A DNA stretch of 55,237 nt from an uncultured Dehalococcoidales bacterium (GCA_964427105.1 CAYRSY010000001.1:1-55237); one strand, 5' to 3'. Shown: positions 19,739-32,205, counted from the stretch's first letter. Notes: generated by a model from the sequence alone, not told the origin. Translations and numbers: made by a program.

Positions 19739-20383
19739 ATGCGAATTGATATGGGAACACAGAAACAATCGGAGAGCAACTGTAACTTGAAGACAGGCTG
19801 CATAATATTGGCCGGAGGCAAAGGAAAACGTTTCGGGCGCGACAAGACATGGGTTGAGCTTAGAGGGAAAAGCCTGTTACAGCGTGCCGTTTCGAATGTT
19901 GAATTCCTGGGCAGCGAGATTATTATCGTCAAAGCCCCCGAAGCGGAATTACCCCCTGTATCCGCTGGCGTTAATATTAAGGTGGCTCAGGACCCGATAA
20001 GCGGCAAAGGGCCGTTGGTAGGCATGCTTGCAGGTCTGGAGAACTCACAGTACCATTTTAACCTGGTGGTGGCCTGCGACATGCCGCTGATAAACCAGGG
20101 ATTGATAAATTATATGGCTGAAATGGCGACGGGGTATGATATAGTTGTGCCGCGCAAAGGGCAGTATTTTGAGTCTTTGCGGGCTATCTATTCGAGAGAC
20201 TGCATACCGGAAATAAAACAGGTGCTGTCTCGGAACATTCTTAAAGTGGATGAACTTTTCAAGAAAATGCGGACTCGCTTCATCACCGCTGAGGAGATTG
20301 AGCGTTTCGATCCCGATTACCTGAGTTTTCTGAATATCAACACGCCGGATGATTTTAAAAAAGCCGAAGAACTCATAACGTAA
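19739..20383 (+). CDS. mobA: Molybdenum cofactor guanylyltransferase MobA
   Basis: ILAGGKGKRFGRDKTWVEL nucleotide-binding motif and VACDMPLI motif, about 200 aa. An internal ATG at 19751 is an alternative start. Confidence 0.85.
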   Translation: MRIDMGTQKQSESNCNLKTGCIILAGGKGKRFGRDKTWVELRGKSLLQRAVSNVEFLGSEIIIVKAPEAELPPVSAGVNIKVAQDPISGKGPLVGMLAGLENSQYHFNLVVACDMPLINQGLINYMAEMATGYDIVVPRKGQYFESLRAIYSRDCIPEIKQVLSRNILKVDELFKKMRTRFITAEEIERFDPDYLSFLNINTPDDFKKAEELIT

Positions 20384-20907
20384 CAACACTCGCCCTTAAC
20401 ACTGCCTTTACATCACCAGAAACCTCGCAATTCTTGCCATCGTAAACGTCCTTTTATATATCTATAAAACACGATATTCAAAATTCGTATCATCCATGCC
20501 TTCATTCCACATATTATTCCTGGTGAAATTCCTGATAATGCACCCGGTATATCGCCAATTTTACAAAACAAGCCGCGTTCTATATTTTTCAGGCATCTTT
20601 CTCCCCATAAAATACATTATTGGCAGGAATCGCTTTACGCATAATACAGACAGCCTAAACACTTACAGTCCTCCTGTATCTCATAAAACTTCACCAGCGA
20701 TGGCTGGTTTTATCAGTCATGCTTCTTTTTCCCAATTACTTTGCAATAAAAATAGCAATAGTCCAATACGACTAATGACAATAGTAGTATAATTAGTACG
20801 AACGGTTGATGCTACGAGCCAAATGAATAGGAGCAAAGTACTATAAAGTAGGACTTGCTGTAAATCCACCCCCGATTTTCACAGGGTATATAAATTAGGC
20901 AGGCCAA

Positions 20908-21960
20908 ATGAAGAAGTATATCTGGGCTTTTATCGTTATAGCTTTCTCCGGTATATTGTTTTCCTTTTCGTTTGTGCTGGCCACAGGGGATAGTCAAAAG
21001 GTAATCCCGGCAGTTGAAATAGCTACTCCGCCCGCTACCGGCAGCATAGTATGGTACACCTCCATACCGCAAACCGATGCTGACAGAATCGCCAACGCCT
21101 TCAAAACGCAAACAGGCATCGAAGTTGAAATTGTAAGAGGTTCGGCCTTTATCATAAGAGACCGGTTGCTATCAGACATAGCTAACGGGGAAAACAAGGC
21201 CGACGTTCTGACCATAGCGGACATAGCCTCCTATTCGACCCTGAAAGACCAGGGATATTTCCTGAATTACGCGTCCCCGGAATACGTACATTACGCCGAT
21301 GAGTATAAGGATGAAGGTTACTGGGCGGTATTTGCGGCCTTCGGCATATGCATCGCATATGATGAAAACAGAATCAATGATCCGCCTCTGCAATGGACGG
21401 ATCTGCTGGACAGCCGCTGGCAGGGAAGAATCGGGCTGGAGAACATCACCACCGCCGGGTCTCAATACGGCCAGTATTACATGCTCAGGGAAATACTGGG
21501 GGCGGAATTCTGGGAAGCATTGCTATCAACGCAAAGTCCCAAAATATACTCCTCAACCACAGCGCTTGCTGATGCTCTTATTGAGGGGGAAATAGATATT
21601 GCGGGGGAATTCAGCATCCAGACCGTTTACAGTTACAGAAACGCCAAAGGGATAAGCATACAGGGAATATACCCCACAGAAGGCATCCCGCTTGTCGTCA
21701 ATCCAACAGCCATTCTGGCGCAGACCCAAAACCCTGAAGAAGCCAAAATGTTTCAGAACTTTCTTCTATCTAAGGGGGGGCAGGAAATAATGCAACTCAC
21801 AAGCTATAAATACTCACTTCGCACGGATGTTGTTCCGTTGGATGGAATACCTGATCTGGACACCCTTAATATTTTGTTGCCCGCAGATACGGAGTTATAT
21901 GGAAACAAGTGGGAAGAATATGTTCAGGAATTCAACAACTTTCTCGGGAGCGCCCCGTGA
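20908..21960 (+). CDS. Extracellular solute-binding protein, family 1 (Fe3+/polyamine/thiamine-like fold), orphan; no cognate permease or ATPase nearby
   Basis: N-terminal hydrophobic signal or anchor, then IVWYTSIPQTDADRIANAFKTQTGIEVEIVRGS...ADVLTIAD typical of FbpA/AfuA-type SBPs. The stop codon overlaps the GTG of the next gene (GTGA). Confidence 0.75.
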   Translation: MKKYIWAFIVIAFSGILFSFSFVLATGDSQKVIPAVEIATPPATGSIVWYTSIPQTDADRIANAFKTQTGIEVEIVRGSAFIIRDRLLSDIANGENKADVLTIADIASYSTLKDQGYFLNYASPEYVHYADEYKDEGYWAVFAAFGICIAYDENRINDPPLQWTDLLDSRWQGRIGLENITTAGSQYGQYYMLREILGAEFWEALLSTQSPKIYSSTTALADALIEGEIDIAGEFSIQTVYSYRNAKGISIQGIYPTEGIPLVVNPTAILAQTQNPEEAKMFQNFLLSKGGQEIMQLTSYKYSLRTDVVPLDGIPDLDTLNILLPADTELYGNKWEEYVQEFNNFLGSAP

Positions 21961-23843
21961 AAGAACAATTCAAGATAAAAAGCATACGGGCAAAAATCAG
22001 TTTGTTTGTTTTTGCTTCTGTTACAATCTGTATAGCAATGGCCGCATTAATCGTTTCCATGGTAATCGAAAATCAACTGGAAAAGAACTACGAAGTCGCT
22101 AAAACCGCAGCTGTTGAGTCGCTATCAAACTCTCTAAACGTACCGCTTAAACTGTATGACTATAACCAGATAGAACGGATAATCAGGTCGGCATTGATAT
22201 ATCAAAGCGTTGCATACGTTTCCGTAAACAAGATAGATGGGGATTTAATCGTTTCGGCCACCGAGCAGGGAGTTTCCACCCGGGATCTGGAGATAGTGCG
22301 TAACGCATTAACGGATGAAGGCTATATCATAGGAAGCTTTGACATCGGTTTTTCCAGTGATTATATAGATAGTCAGATACGGACAACAACCGGAGCATTG
22401 ACACTCGGATTGATGGGGTTTTTACTACTCATGGGTTTCAGCCTATTTCTTTTCATAAACAGTCAGGTTACCGACCCTCTGATTAAATTCAGCCGCACAA
22501 TAAACAATATCGATCCGGATCATCTTTCTTCAAGAGTTCCGGTGCATAACGAAGATGAAATCGGCGTACTGGCAGTCAACTTCAACCGCATGGCAGATGA
22601 TCTCGAAGCAGCACATGCAGCCCTGAAGAAATCCAATGATGAACTGGAAGAAAGAATCAAGGAAAGGACGGCTGAACTAAACCAAAGAAATCAGGAATTG
22701 GCTGCAAGCAATATTCATCTGGAGGAGATGAGCCTGCATAAATCTCAATTTCTGGCTAACATGAGCCATGAATTAAGAACGCCGCTGAATTCCATTATCG
22801 GCTATGCCAAACTGATACTTAACGGAGTGGAAGGCGAAATCAACGAAGAGCAGGAGAAAGATCTGCAGGCGGTGTACAACAACGGCAAGAATTTACTTGA
22901 GCTGATAAACGGACTGCTGGACCTGTCTAAAATAGAAGCCGGCAAGACAGTTCTGAGTTGCGGCGTTTTCGCCGTGTCCGATTTCATAGCTGAAGTTAAT
23001 GCCACCATAGAACCACTGATAAAAGAGAAGGGATTAACTCTGGCAAACTCCATCGCGCCCGGGATTAACCGCATATACGCCGACAGGGCTAAAACCAGAC
23101 AGGTGCTGATAAATATCATGGGTAATGCGGTCAAATTCACATCTAAAGGCGGCATAACGCTAAGTCTCAGCGAAAATGAGAGCGAATATATTTTCTCGGT
23201 AGCCGATACCGGCATGGGTATCGAAAAAGAAAATCTGGAAACGATTTTCGACAGTTTCGTACAGGTCAGCCCTTCACAAATAGCAGGGTACGCCGGGACA
23301 GGTCTGGGGTTGGCAGTCAGCAAACAATTCATCGAAATGCAGGGGGGGCAAAATCTGGGCAGAAAGCGAACAGGGAAAGGGAAGCACTTTTTTCTTCACC
23401 CTGCCCAGAGAACAAATAATCCGCCTGTAGTTTATGTAAAGGGAGCATACCTTATGGACAATGTCAACAACGGCAGAAAAGTACTGGTGGTAGAAGACAA
23501 CGACGACAGCCGGCGGCTAGTCGGCAAGGTTTTAAAAATACACGGCTATCAGGTTTTGGAGGCCACGAACGGCGAGGAAGCGGTAATGAAGGCCCGTGCA
23601 GAAATGCCTGCCCTTATTCTTATGGATGTAAGGCTTCCGGGTGGAATCGACGGGCTCGAAGCTACACGGCAAATAAAGAGTTCCCCCGAAACAAAAGATA
23701 TAACTATACTGGCGCTGACAGCCAGTGTCAGACCGGAAGATATGAGGAGCGCATTAGACGCGGGTTGCAGCGGTTTTGCACGAAAACCTATAGATGTGGA
23801 TGAACTGTCGCTGCAAATAGATGGATATATCCACGAGGGTTGA
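21957..23843 (+). CDS. Sensor histidine kinase (2 TM, extracytoplasmic domain, HAMP, HisKA, HATPase_c). As sequenced it reads through a frameshifted linker into a CheY-like receiver domain
   Basis: HAMP ([17 protein letters not shown]), H-box [15 protein letters not shown] box [11 protein letters not shown] boxes DTGMGI and [10 protein letters not shown]. The ORF track starts at GTG 21909. GTG 21957 has GGGAG 6 nt upstream and overlaps the SBP stop. The canonical kinase C-terminus is in another frame after G7 at 23342..23348 (see findings). Confidence 0.8.
   Translation: MKEQFKIKSIRAKISLFVFASVTICIAMAALIVSMVIENQLEKNYEVAKTAAVESLSNSLNVPLKLYDYNQIERIIRSALIYQSVAYVSVNKIDGDLIVSATEQGVSTRDLEIVRNALTDEGYIIGSFDIGFSSDYIDSQIRTTTGALTLGLMGFLLLMGFSLFLFINSQVTDPLIKFSRTINNIDPDHLSSRVPVHNEDEIGVLAVNFNRMADDLEAAHAALKKSNDELEERIKERTAELNQRNQELAASNIHLEEMSLHKSQFLANMSHELRTPLNSIIGYAKLILNGVEGEINEEQEKDLQAVYNNGKNLLELINGLLDLSKIEAGKTVLSCGVFAVSDFIAEVNATIEPLIKEKGLTLANSIAPGINRIYADRAKTRQVLINIMGNAVKFTSKGGITLSLSENESEYIFSVADTGMGIEKENLETIFDSFVQVSPSQIAGYAGTGLGLAVSKQFIEMQGGQNLGRKRTGKGKHFFLHPAQRTNNPPVVYVKGAYLMDNVNNGRKVLVVEDNDDSRRLVGKVLKIHGYQVLEATNGEEAVMKARAEMPALILMDVRLPGGIDGLEATRQIKSSPETKDITILALTASVRPEDMRSALDAGCSGFARKPIDVDELSLQIDGYIHEG
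23342..23348 (+). other. G7 homopolymer at the frameshift point of the kinase gene
   Basis: Seven consecutive G read directly. With six G the reading frame would give [28 protein letters not shown]-stop. Confidence 0.9.
23454..23843 (+). CDS. Single-domain CheY-like response regulator (stand-alone reading if the upstream frameshift is corrected; otherwise the C-terminal domain of the fused ORF)
   Basis: ATG 23454 preceded by AAGGGAG (23439..23445, 8-nt spacer). 129 aa: [37 protein letters not shown]. Confidence 0.55.
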   Translation: MDNVNNGRKVLVVEDNDDSRRLVGKVLKIHGYQVLEATNGEEAVMKARAEMPALILMDVRLPGGIDGLEATRQIKSSPETKDITILALTASVRPEDMRSALDAGCSGFARKPIDVDELSLQIDGYIHEG

Positions 23844-23896
23844 TACATCTCGAAGAATTATGAAACTGGAATAACCTGTATAAGGGGGCGAGCATT

Positions 23897-26284
23897 ATGA
23901 AAATAATGATTGTTGAAGACAACCCTGACAGCCGCAACCTGCTTATGAAGCAACTCCGGGCTTACAGGCACGAAGTTGTGGCCGCAACCAACGGCTCCGA
24001 GGCGCTGCAACAGGCGCTCGAGGATGCCCCCGAAATAGTCATCAGCGATATACAAATGCCGGAGATGGACGGCTATCAGCTATGCCGTGAATGGAAACAG
24101 AGCGAAACATTAAAAAAAATACCTTTTATCATATACACAGCTACATACACTTCAAGCGAAGATGAACAATTTGCCAGAAGCCTTGGAGTAAATGCTTTCA
24201 TACGCAAGCCAATTGAGCCTGAAACACTGATTCAGGTACTAGCAGATATAGTAGAAAAGGCTGAAGCAGGGCTGCTCCCCGTGGTGGAAACCAAACCCAT
24301 TGCAACCTCCCAATATCTCGTTGAGCATAACAAAATCCTGATTGCCAAACTTGATAACAAGATAAAACGGCTGCAGCAGGAGATAGCAGAGCATAAGAAA
24401 GATGAAGCTGCCCTGAGAGACAGCCGCAAACAATATCAGACTTTGATAGAAAATGCCAATGAAGCCATAATGGTAGCCCAGGATGGATATTTCAAATTTA
24501 TTAACCGCGCCCTGTTCGAGCTTTTGCCTGGCTATACAGAGCAAGATTTCACCAGCAAGCCATTTAGCGATTTTATTCACCCTGACGACCGTGCAATGGT
24601 AATCCAAAATTACCAGAAACGCCTTGAAGGCGAGCCTGCACCCAACAGATACCCCTTCAGAATTATTACAGCCGACAATGCAGTGAAATGGGTAGAAATA
24701 AGCGCTGTATTAATTGAATGGAACGGACGTCCTGCCACACTGAATTTCCTGACCGATGTTTCAGAACGCATAAAATCGGAGGAAGCCTTGCGGCAGGCTG
24801 CTGAAGAATGGAGCACGACTTTCAATTCTATTACAGATATGATCAGCATGCTGGATAAAAACCACAAAATACTCAGAGTAAACAAATCTTTTGCTGATGC
24901 ACTGCATACATCTCCCGTGGATCTCGTGGGACAATATTGCTTCCACATAATTCATGGCAGAGACCATTTCATGCCGTTCTGCCCGCATGTCAAAGCTATG
25001 CAGTCAGGGAAAACTGAAACCGCAGAATACTATGAACCCAGTCTCGGAATCCACATCGAAGAAACGGCTTCCCCTGTTTTCGATGACACAGGAACACTTG
25101 CCGGCGCAATCCACATTATGAAAAACATCACTGACCGCAAGCGGTCTGAAGAGGAAAATTCATTACTTCGTGAAAAGTCCGAGGTATCGAGCAGGCTCGC
25201 GGCTATCGGAGAGATGGCTGCCGGCATAGCCCATGAGATAAACAATCCGCTTACCAGTGTTATCGGTTTCTCTGAATTACTGGTAAACAACGAAAATTTG
25301 TCACCGGAGATCAAGGAGCATGTCCAGATTATTGCCGATGGCAGCAACAGGGTGAAAGAAATAGTCAAACGCATGCTGAACTTTGCAAGGCAAACCCAAT
25401 CCGTAAAAAGCAGCGTCAGCGTTAACGAGCTTATCGAGTCCACCCTCAGCCTTAGAAGTTATGTTCTGAGAACTGCCAATATAGAGGTGATAAAAAATTT
25501 GTCGGACGATCTTCCGTGGATAACCGCCGATGCGGGACAGATACAGCAGGTATTTCTCAATATAATCGTCAACGCAGAATATTCCATGAAGAAATCCCAC
25601 GGACACGGCACGCTAAATATTACAACAGAAAAAAGCGGCGGGTATATCCGCATTTCCCTCAGGGATGACGGCGCGGGCATGAGCAGTGAGGTTAAAAACA
25701 AGCTCTTCACACCGTTCTTCACTACCAAGACCAACGGCGAGGGCACAGGGCTGGGACTCAGCCTCTCGCATTCCATTATTCTGGGACACGGCGGCACGAT
25801 AGAGGTAAAAAGCGAACAGGGAAAAGGCGCCGAGTTCATAGTCATGCTACCCATAGATTCCCTGCCGGAAATCACCACGGCAGAGCCTAATAATTACACA
25901 ACCAGGGCAAAAGAAGAAAACAAAACTGCCCGCTTCCTGGTGGTGGACGATGAAGAGGCTATAAGAATGCTGATAAGCAGAACGCTAAGTTCAAGCGGAC
26001 ACACGATAGATACTACAGGAGATCCCGAAGAGGTTTTACAAAAGTTGTCGAGCACCGATTATGACATCGTCATTATGGATATACGCATGCCAGGCATGAA
26101 CGGCATGGAATTATATAAAGCCCTTACAGAAAAATCGCCGCATCTTGCCTGCAAATTTCTTTTTATAACCGGTGATACCTCAGACCCAAATACCATAGCC
26201 TTTTTCAAACGCAACGGGCTGTCTTATATCGCCAAACCCTTTGAGCGCCAGGAGTTAAAGGATAAGGTAAGAGAGCTTCTATGA
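23897..26284 (+). CDS. Hybrid signalling protein: REC, coiled coil, PAS, PAS, HisKA, HATPase_c, REC
   Basis: N-terminal receiver (IVEDNPDSRN, VISDIQMPEMDG), two PAS modules, H-box AHEINNPLTSVIGFSELL, ATPase boxes NAEYSM / RDDGAGM / GTGLGLSL...GGTIEVKSEQGKGAEFIVMLP, C-terminal receiver (FLVVDDEE, IVIMDIRMPGMNG, AKPF). Confidence 0.92.
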   Translation: MKIMIVEDNPDSRNLLMKQLRAYRHEVVAATNGSEALQQALEDAPEIVISDIQMPEMDGYQLCREWKQSETLKKIPFIIYTATYTSSEDEQFARSLGVNAFIRKPIEPETLIQVLADIVEKAEAGLLPVVETKPIATSQYLVEHNKILIAKLDNKIKRLQQEIAEHKKDEAALRDSRKQYQTLIENANEAIMVAQDGYFKFINRALFELLPGYTEQDFTSKPFSDFIHPDDRAMVIQNYQKRLEGEPAPNRYPFRIITADNAVKWVEISAVLIEWNGRPATLNFLTDVSERIKSEEALRQAAEEWSTTFNSITDMISMLDKNHKILRVNKSFADALHTSPVDLVGQYCFHIIHGRDHFMPFCPHVKAMQSGKTETAEYYEPSLGIHIEETASPVFDDTGTLAGAIHIMKNITDRKRSEEENSLLREKSEVSSRLAAIGEMAAGIAHEINNPLTSVIGFSELLVNNENLSPEIKEHVQIIADGSNRVKEIVKRMLNFARQTQSVKSSVSVNELIESTLSLRSYVLRTANIEVIKNLSDDLPWITADAGQIQQVFLNIIVNAEYSMKKSHGHGTLNITTEKSGGYIRISLRDDGAGMSSEVKNKLFTPFFTTKTNGEGTGLGLSLSHSIILGHGGTIEVKSEQGKGAEFIVMLPIDSLPEITTAEPNNYTTRAKEENKTARFLVVDDEEAIRMLISRTLSSSGHTIDTTGDPEEVLQKLSSTDYDIVIMDIRMPGMNGMELYKALTEKSPHLACKFLFITGDTSDPNTIAFFKRNGLSYIAKPFERQELKDKVRELL

Positions 26285-26429
26285 CAACCTTGCAATACAA
26301 ACATGACCAATCCATATATAATACAATTACCGGCGGGAGAAATCCCCAGCCGATAAAGACACGGCTGGCGGAATCGGATTAAAATCACATCCTGCCAGGC
26401 GCATAAAACAATTCAAACATTAAAATATA

Positions 26430-26969
26430 ATGCCTTCTAGCAACAGTCTTGTTACCGCCCGCCTGAGGCTTGTGCCTGTCACGCCTGCGCATGTCCGCGC
26501 ATTCCATAGCGGCAATTCCGAACTTGCCACATTGCTGGCTGCAATAATTCCAGCCAGTTGGCCTGTTGATCCGGTCATTATGGAGATACTCAAAACACAG
26601 ATAAATAATCCTGCTGCCTTCGAGTGGGCAGACTTTATCTATATCCACAAACAGGATAACAGGATTATCGGCGACGGCGGCTTCAAAGGCCCGCCTGATA
26701 GTGACGGACGTCTGGAGATAGGTTATGCCGTTATCCCTGAGTACAGAGGTGCGGGGCTGGCAACGGAAGCCGCCCAAGCACTGGTGGATTATGCTTTCTC
26801 GTTTCAAGAAGTCAAAGCAATTTGCGCCGATACCTCTGTCACAGGATGGGCATCCATGCGCGTGCTGCAAAAACTTGGCATGCACAAATGCGGCGCTCGC
26901 CACGATGATGAAGACGGAGACTGCTATTGCTGGCAGATACTCAGAAGTGAATATAGAAGGAACGGCTAA
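26430..26969 (+). CDS. GNAT family N-acetyltransferase (RimJ/RimL-like)
   Basis: 179 aa; L.T.RLRLVP N-terminus and acetyl-CoA motif IGYAVIPEYRGAGLATEAAQALVDYAF. The longer antisense ORF 26385..26996 has no recognisable features. Confidence 0.8.
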   Translation: MPSSNSLVTARLRLVPVTPAHVRAFHSGNSELATLLAAIIPASWPVDPVIMEILKTQINNPAAFEWADFIYIHKQDNRIIGDGGFKGPPDSDGRLEIGYAVIPEYRGAGLATEAAQALVDYAFSFQEVKAICADTSVTGWASMRVLQKLGMHKCGARHDDEDGDCYCWQILRSEYRRNG

Positions 26970-27014
26970 GCCTTTATGTCCGAAAGATGACACCATCAGG
27001 CATGCAATATGCCC

Positions 27015-27044
27015 TTGATTCAGTTATACTATTCCCAATATATT
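27015..27044 (+). promoter_or_regulatory. Candidate promoter of the 27073-31985 operon
   Basis: TTGATT (27015..27020), 18-nt spacer, TATATT (27039..27044). It implies only a leader of about 20 nt before the AAGGAG RBS. Confidence 0.35.
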
Positions 27045-27072
27045 GAGCCAAGACGGTTAAGGAGAAATTATC

Positions 27073-27723
27073 ATGGCACTCGATGAAGAAACGCGTAACA
27101 GCCAGCTTTTTGAAAACATCTGGCAAAATGCGGTAACAAAAGCAGACGCGCTTACCGAGGATGAACATGACCGCCATTTTCTTAAAGCGCTGGTCATGGG
27201 AGGCAGCGTAGCCGCAGAGTCCGCTGTTTCCGCCTGCCAGGACGTCCGTGAGTTCTGGGGACAGGGCAGCGAAGATGCCGCAACAGAAATCACTCAACTT
27301 TTTTCCCTCATAGTGCTCGGACAGTTATACCGCTATCTAAAAGACAATCCACCCGAAGATACGACAGGCACAATCCCGCCCGAAGTGAACGTTTCGCGGC
27401 TTGTCCAGATATTCGGCGGCGAACCGGAAAAGGGAATGGAAGATTATACGAATTTTGACAAACAGTTCGAATGCGACATGAAAAAACACGGCAGTCTGAC
27501 GCATATTTCCATCCTTCTGATGGCCAGGGTCTGCGAGATCTGCGGGCATAAATGCATGGACTGGGAGAGGGTTAAATTCCCGGTAGTTGAAATGACGCAT
27601 CTGGTCAAGGGCGCAATTATCGACGGCGCGCCGCTGCGCAGCATTCTAGATATCAACGCCATGCAGAACAGCCTTAATGCAGGCATGCAAGCCATGATCC
27701 ATTTTTACGCAGGAGAAAAATAA
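27073..27723 (+). CDS. Hypothetical cytoplasmic protein (216 aa), no family recognised
   Basis: Strong RBS TAAGGAG 7 nt upstream of the ATG; acidic and apparently helical; single CEICGHKC cluster. The stop is 1 nt before the next gene's ATG. Confidence 0.7.
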   Translation: MALDEETRNSQLFENIWQNAVTKADALTEDEHDRHFLKALVMGGSVAAESAVSACQDVREFWGQGSEDAATEITQLFSLIVLGQLYRYLKDNPPEDTTGTIPPEVNVSRLVQIFGGEPEKGMEDYTNFDKQFECDMKKHGSLTHISILLMARVCEICGHKCMDWERVKFPVVEMTHLVKGAIIDGAPLRSILDINAMQNSLNAGMQAMIHFYAGEK

Positions 27724-27724
27724 T

Positions 27725-30540
<2,816 letters not shown>

Positions 30541-30550
30541 AGGAGAAAAC

Positions 30551-31759
30551 ATGAGCCAGCGTTCTTGTAATGCCAGCAAATATTTCTTTACTTCGGAATC
30601 CGTCACAGAGGGACATCCCGATAAGATCTGCGACCAGATATCGGATGCCGTGCTGGACGCTATTCTGGAGCATGATCCGGTAGCGCACGTTGCCTGCGAG
30701 ACCGCGGTAACCAACGGTCTTGTTTTCGTGCTGGGTGAGATCACCACCGAGGCATACGCCGATATTCCGGAGATCGTGCGTAAAGTAATTCATGATATAG
30801 GTTATGTCAAGCCTGAATACGGCTTCGAATACCGCACCTGCGGCGTTATGACTTCCATCAACCGGCAATCTCCCAATATCGCGCAGGGCGTCAACCAGTC
30901 GGCGGAAGCCAAAGCAGGCTCCAGAGACCCTCTCGATGCTACCGGAGCCGGCGATCAGGGAATGATGGTAGGGTTCGCCTGCAACGAAACCCCCGAACTT
31001 ATGCCTCTTCCCATATCGATGGCTCACAAACTTGCCCAGCGTCTGGCGCAGGTGCGCAAAGACAGAACAATCCCTTACCTCCGGCCTGACGGCAAATCCC
31101 AGGTCACAGTGGAATATCACGACGGGCAAATCAAGCGAATCGACAGCGTGGTCATCGGCGCACAGCATGACGGCGGCATCAGCCAGGATAAAATTCGCAA
31201 AGATATTATAGAACATGTCATCAGACCCGTTATTCCAGATGGTTATCTCGATAATGCCACCAACTATTTCGTAAATGCCACCGGCACATTCGAGTTGGGA
31301 GGCCCCGTGTCCGATACAGGCTTCACCGGACGCAAGCTGCTGGTAGATACCTACGGAGGCATGGCACGGCACGGCGGAGGAGCCTTCTCCGGCAAAGACC
31401 CCACCAAGGTTGACCGCTCGGCGGCTTACATGGCGCGTTACGTCGCCAAAAACCTAGTGGCTGCCGGACTGGCCGACAGGCTGGAGATACAGGTATCATA
31501 TGTCATAGGCGTGGCAAAGCCTCTTTCGGTCTCACTGGAGGCCTTCGGCACCGAAAAAGTATGCCTTGAAAAGCTGGATGAGCTGGTAAAGAAGCATTTC
31601 GATCTGCGTCCGGCAGCTATTATCCAAACCCTGGGATTGAGAAACCCGATTTATCGCCAGACTGCAGCTTACGGGCATTTCGGGCGCACCGATATAGACC
31701 TGCCATGGGAAAAAACCGACAAAGCGGAGATTCTGCGAAAAGAGGGTTTTGGGAATTAG
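30551..31759 (+). CDS. metK: S-adenosylmethionine synthetase
   Basis: [49 protein letters not shown] motifs; AAGGAG RBS. Confidence 0.95.
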   Translation: MSQRSCNASKYFFTSESVTEGHPDKICDQISDAVLDAILEHDPVAHVACETAVTNGLVFVLGEITTEAYADIPEIVRKVIHDIGYVKPEYGFEYRTCGVMTSINRQSPNIAQGVNQSAEAKAGSRDPLDATGAGDQGMMVGFACNETPELMPLPISMAHKLAQRLAQVRKDRTIPYLRPDGKSQVTVEYHDGQIKRIDSVVIGAQHDGGISQDKIRKDIIEHVIRPVIPDGYLDNATNYFVNATGTFELGGPVSDTGFTGRKLLVDTYGGMARHGGGAFSGKDPTKVDRSAAYMARYVAKNLVAAGLADRLEIQVSYVIGVAKPLSVSLEAFGTEKVCLEKLDELVKKHFDLRPAAIIQTLGLRNPIYRQTAAYGHFGRTDIDLPWEKTDKAEILRKEGFGN

Positions 31760-31796
31760 GCCGACAGAAAAATCTCCGTTATAAGGAGAACCGCGT

Positions 31797-31985
31797 ATGT
31801 CAGAAATTAGAGAAGGACTGCGTGAAAATATTAGACAGGCAGCCTCCAGACTCAGGGATGAATACAGGTTCGTGGGAGAGATCGCCTGCCCAAACTGCGA
31901 CCATGAAGCATGGGAGATCGATATTCCCGGCAGGGGAATAGTCACGGTTTGCCCTTCTTGCGGGTTCGGGCTGGCTGAATCTTAA
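31797..31985 (+). CDS. Small zinc-ribbon protein (62 aa)
   Basis: AAGGAG RBS with an 8-nt spacer. CPNC...(19 aa)...CPSC four-Cys ribbon pattern. Lies 37 nt after metK. Confidence 0.6.
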   Translation: MSEIREGLRENIRQAASRLRDEYRFVGEIACPNCDHEAWEIDIPGRGIVTVCPSCGFGLAES

Positions 31986-32205
31986 AAAGGGCTTATGACG
32001 CAAAAAGCTGTTTTGTGCCGAACAGATATCAAAAGGAAACCCTATATTTACAACCTTTATCCCGAAAGGGGGATACTGTCGGGAAGCACAACCAGACGTG
32101 CAAGCGGTCGTGAGGCTTCAATTCATATAAAAACATCCCCTGCTTTTCTATTTCCGTGCAGACTATGAAGATTGAGAGAAAATAATAACATTCAGAGATA
32201 GACTA

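Noticed and set aside
20496-20792. 98-aa ORF in the AT-rich spacer
   Set aside because: It has no RBS and its composition is driven by AT-rich DNA (Phe/Ile/Asn/Tyr-rich) with no motif. It is treated as non-coding.
26385-26996. 203-aa minus-strand ORF longer than the GNAT ORF it overlaps
   Set aside because: The plus-strand frame has the GNAT acetyl-CoA motif (IGYAVIPEYRGAGLATEAA). The minus-strand product has none and lacks an RBS.
26970-27072. Possible SAM or SAH riboswitch ahead of the ahcY/metK operon
   Set aside because: ahcY and metK have gaps of only 2 and 10 nt upstream. The only spacer (about 100 nt before 27073) contains a promoter candidate that leaves a leader of about 20 nt and only a 5-bp hairpin. 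There is no room for a known SAM/SAH aptamer.
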